From: Octopus sinensis
Lineage: Eukaryota
Direction of reading: 5' to 3'
Assembly: GCF_006345805.1 (NCBI RefSeq)
Contig: NC_043006.1
Coordinates: forward strand, 17,856,001 to 17,920,000
DNA: 64,000 nt
Numbering within the stretch: position 1 is the first letter of the stretch; the number at the start of each line of letters is the position of its first letter. The notes under the pieces were generated by a model. It was not told the origin of the DNA. It saw only the letters and a program-made list of their open reading frames with translations, and made no database searches. A program made the translations under genes and the position numbers. Positions 62,406-64,000 of the stretch are shown here, piece by piece.

Positions 62406-62931
62406 ATGCTTAGTTTAATATAATTATTTCTCTGTCATACATTTTAAATGTTCATATTAAATGTTACCATATTTCTGTTGAAATTGATTGCAGATAATTT
62501 TGAAAATAATGAATGTTTTAGCAAAATAACTAAATTATTCATTATTAAACTGGTGTTCGAGACAAATAATAAATTTAGATGAAATTTGATGGATTTTAAT
62601 TTAGTTCCCTTTCACCCTTTTGTTACCTTATATCCATTGAAATGCATTGCTTTTTTTTTTTTTTTTGCTTCAATGACTTTTGAAAATAATGAAGAACTTA
62701 GTAAAATATCTTTGTCATTATTAAACTAGTATTTGGGGCATAAATTAACATGAAATTCTGACAGAAGGGGTTTTTAATTTAGGCACTTTTATGACAAAAA
62801 GTCTGTATCACAGAGTCTAGGGCAATCTCAGGTAGACAGGTGTCAAGAGTTATAAGCTTCTCTCGTTTCACATCATTCAGAGTTTTATACTGTATATTCT
62901 GGTCATATAGAACAACTTTCTTTCATTCCTT

Positions 62932-62978
<47 letters not shown>

Positions 62979-64000
62979 TATATATATGGTTGTGTATCCC
63001 AGTTTTAGAATGGGTTTTCTGTGTACATTGTAAGAAGTGAGTAAAGGAGTTGGTGATTGAAAGATCAACCAGCAGTAACATCTAGTACATACCAACATAG
63101 AAAAACACATAAAATGGTGTGTGTGTAATTTTTTCTAAGTGGTTGAATAGAAAAATGAATAGAAAGTATGAAAATAATTTTTTTTAATGTATTTATTGAG
63201 GACATCATCACCATCATCATCATCATTTAACATCCATTTTTCCATGCTGGCATGAGTCAGATTCTATATGGCCAGATGCCCTTCCTATTGCTAACTATCT
63301 CCTTTTTCCAAGCAAGGTAGCTATTTCCTCATGGCCGGGCATGGTTTCCATGGTAAACTGGAACCATTGCTTTTATGATTGTGATGCTCACTTACAACCA
63401 TCACTTGAGGTCAAGACAAAGGTACACACACACGTATATACGTATGCACATAGATTAAAGTAAAAATGAAAAAGCAAAATATTTGGCATAGACAATATTA
63501 ACATATATGAACTCTACATGTTTATATTCTCTATGTAAATTAAATGTCTTTCTTGAGTGGTGCCAAATGTTTTGCTTTTTAATTTTTACTTTTATTTACA
63601 TCTACATATCCAACAGGCTTCTTTCAGTTTCCATCTGCCAAATCCACTCACAAGACTTTGGTTGGGAAGCAAGCTTCTTCTTCACAATCATGCCTGTGCA
63701 CATTACAATAATTTTGAAAAGGCCACAAAAGAAACTGAAAGTAGTTGTGTGTTGTTCCATGATTTCATATCCCAAGTTTTTAATCATACATTTTCATTTG
63801 CTTCCCTGTTTCCTTTTATGCTGGTTTCCTTTCCAATATTTTGTCTGTATTCTCTGTTCTTCTATCTTGAGAATACACTCTGACACGTCATCACTGCTAC
63901 CATAGTCTTTTCAGCTACTCCCACCGTTATATAATGCAGGGTAGCCACATATCTCCTTCTGTGCCTGTCCCCTTTATCATACTTTAGTGTCTTGGCATGG

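Noticed and set aside
717-63905. Most short ORFs in the six-frame track (YIYI/HTHT/VCVC-rich or SINE-derived)
   Set aside because: They are translations of microsatellites and repeats, without splice or homology support.
42589-64000. Further TRPM exons (S3 onward)
   Set aside because: No SEP/WN..D-type motif with splice sites was found by eye. They are presumed to lie beyond the window, though a small exon could have been missed.
1-64000. miR-204/miR-211 homologue in the TRPM introns
   Set aside because: No match to TTCCCTTTGTCATCCT was noticed, and these miRNAs are known from vertebrates.

Overview
This is eukaryotic, AT-rich, repeat-dense genomic DNA. The SINE, MITE and microsatellite repertoire resembles an octopod cephalopod (inference). 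The whole window lies inside one + strand gene for a TRPM cation channel of the TRPM1/3/6/7 (Drosophila trpm-like) clade. Eight clear coding exons (2977-42588) run from the N-terminal MHR region to transmembrane segment S2; both ends of the gene lie outside the window. An intact, single-coding-exon class A orphan peptide/chemosensory-type GPCR (369 aa, 53025->51916, - strand) sits antisense inside the TRPM intron that follows the S1-S2 exon. The introns carry a young 5'-truncated CR1, RTE and CRE LINE remnants, mariner/Tc1/hAT/piggyBac-like/Helitron non-autonomous elements, several foldback MITEs, three main SINE-like families and a Penelope-type repeat with a minimal hammerhead-like motif. 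Most notable observations: (1) the nested antisense GPCR-TRPM arrangement; (2) a possible splicing switch in which overlapping GC/GT donors are coupled to cassette exons in the MHR linker; (3) SINE multimers flanked by TSDs, one apparently turning into a satellite; (4) the hammerhead motif; (5) a palindromic element family with asymmetric ends. All family assignments are by eye and from memory; no database searches were run.
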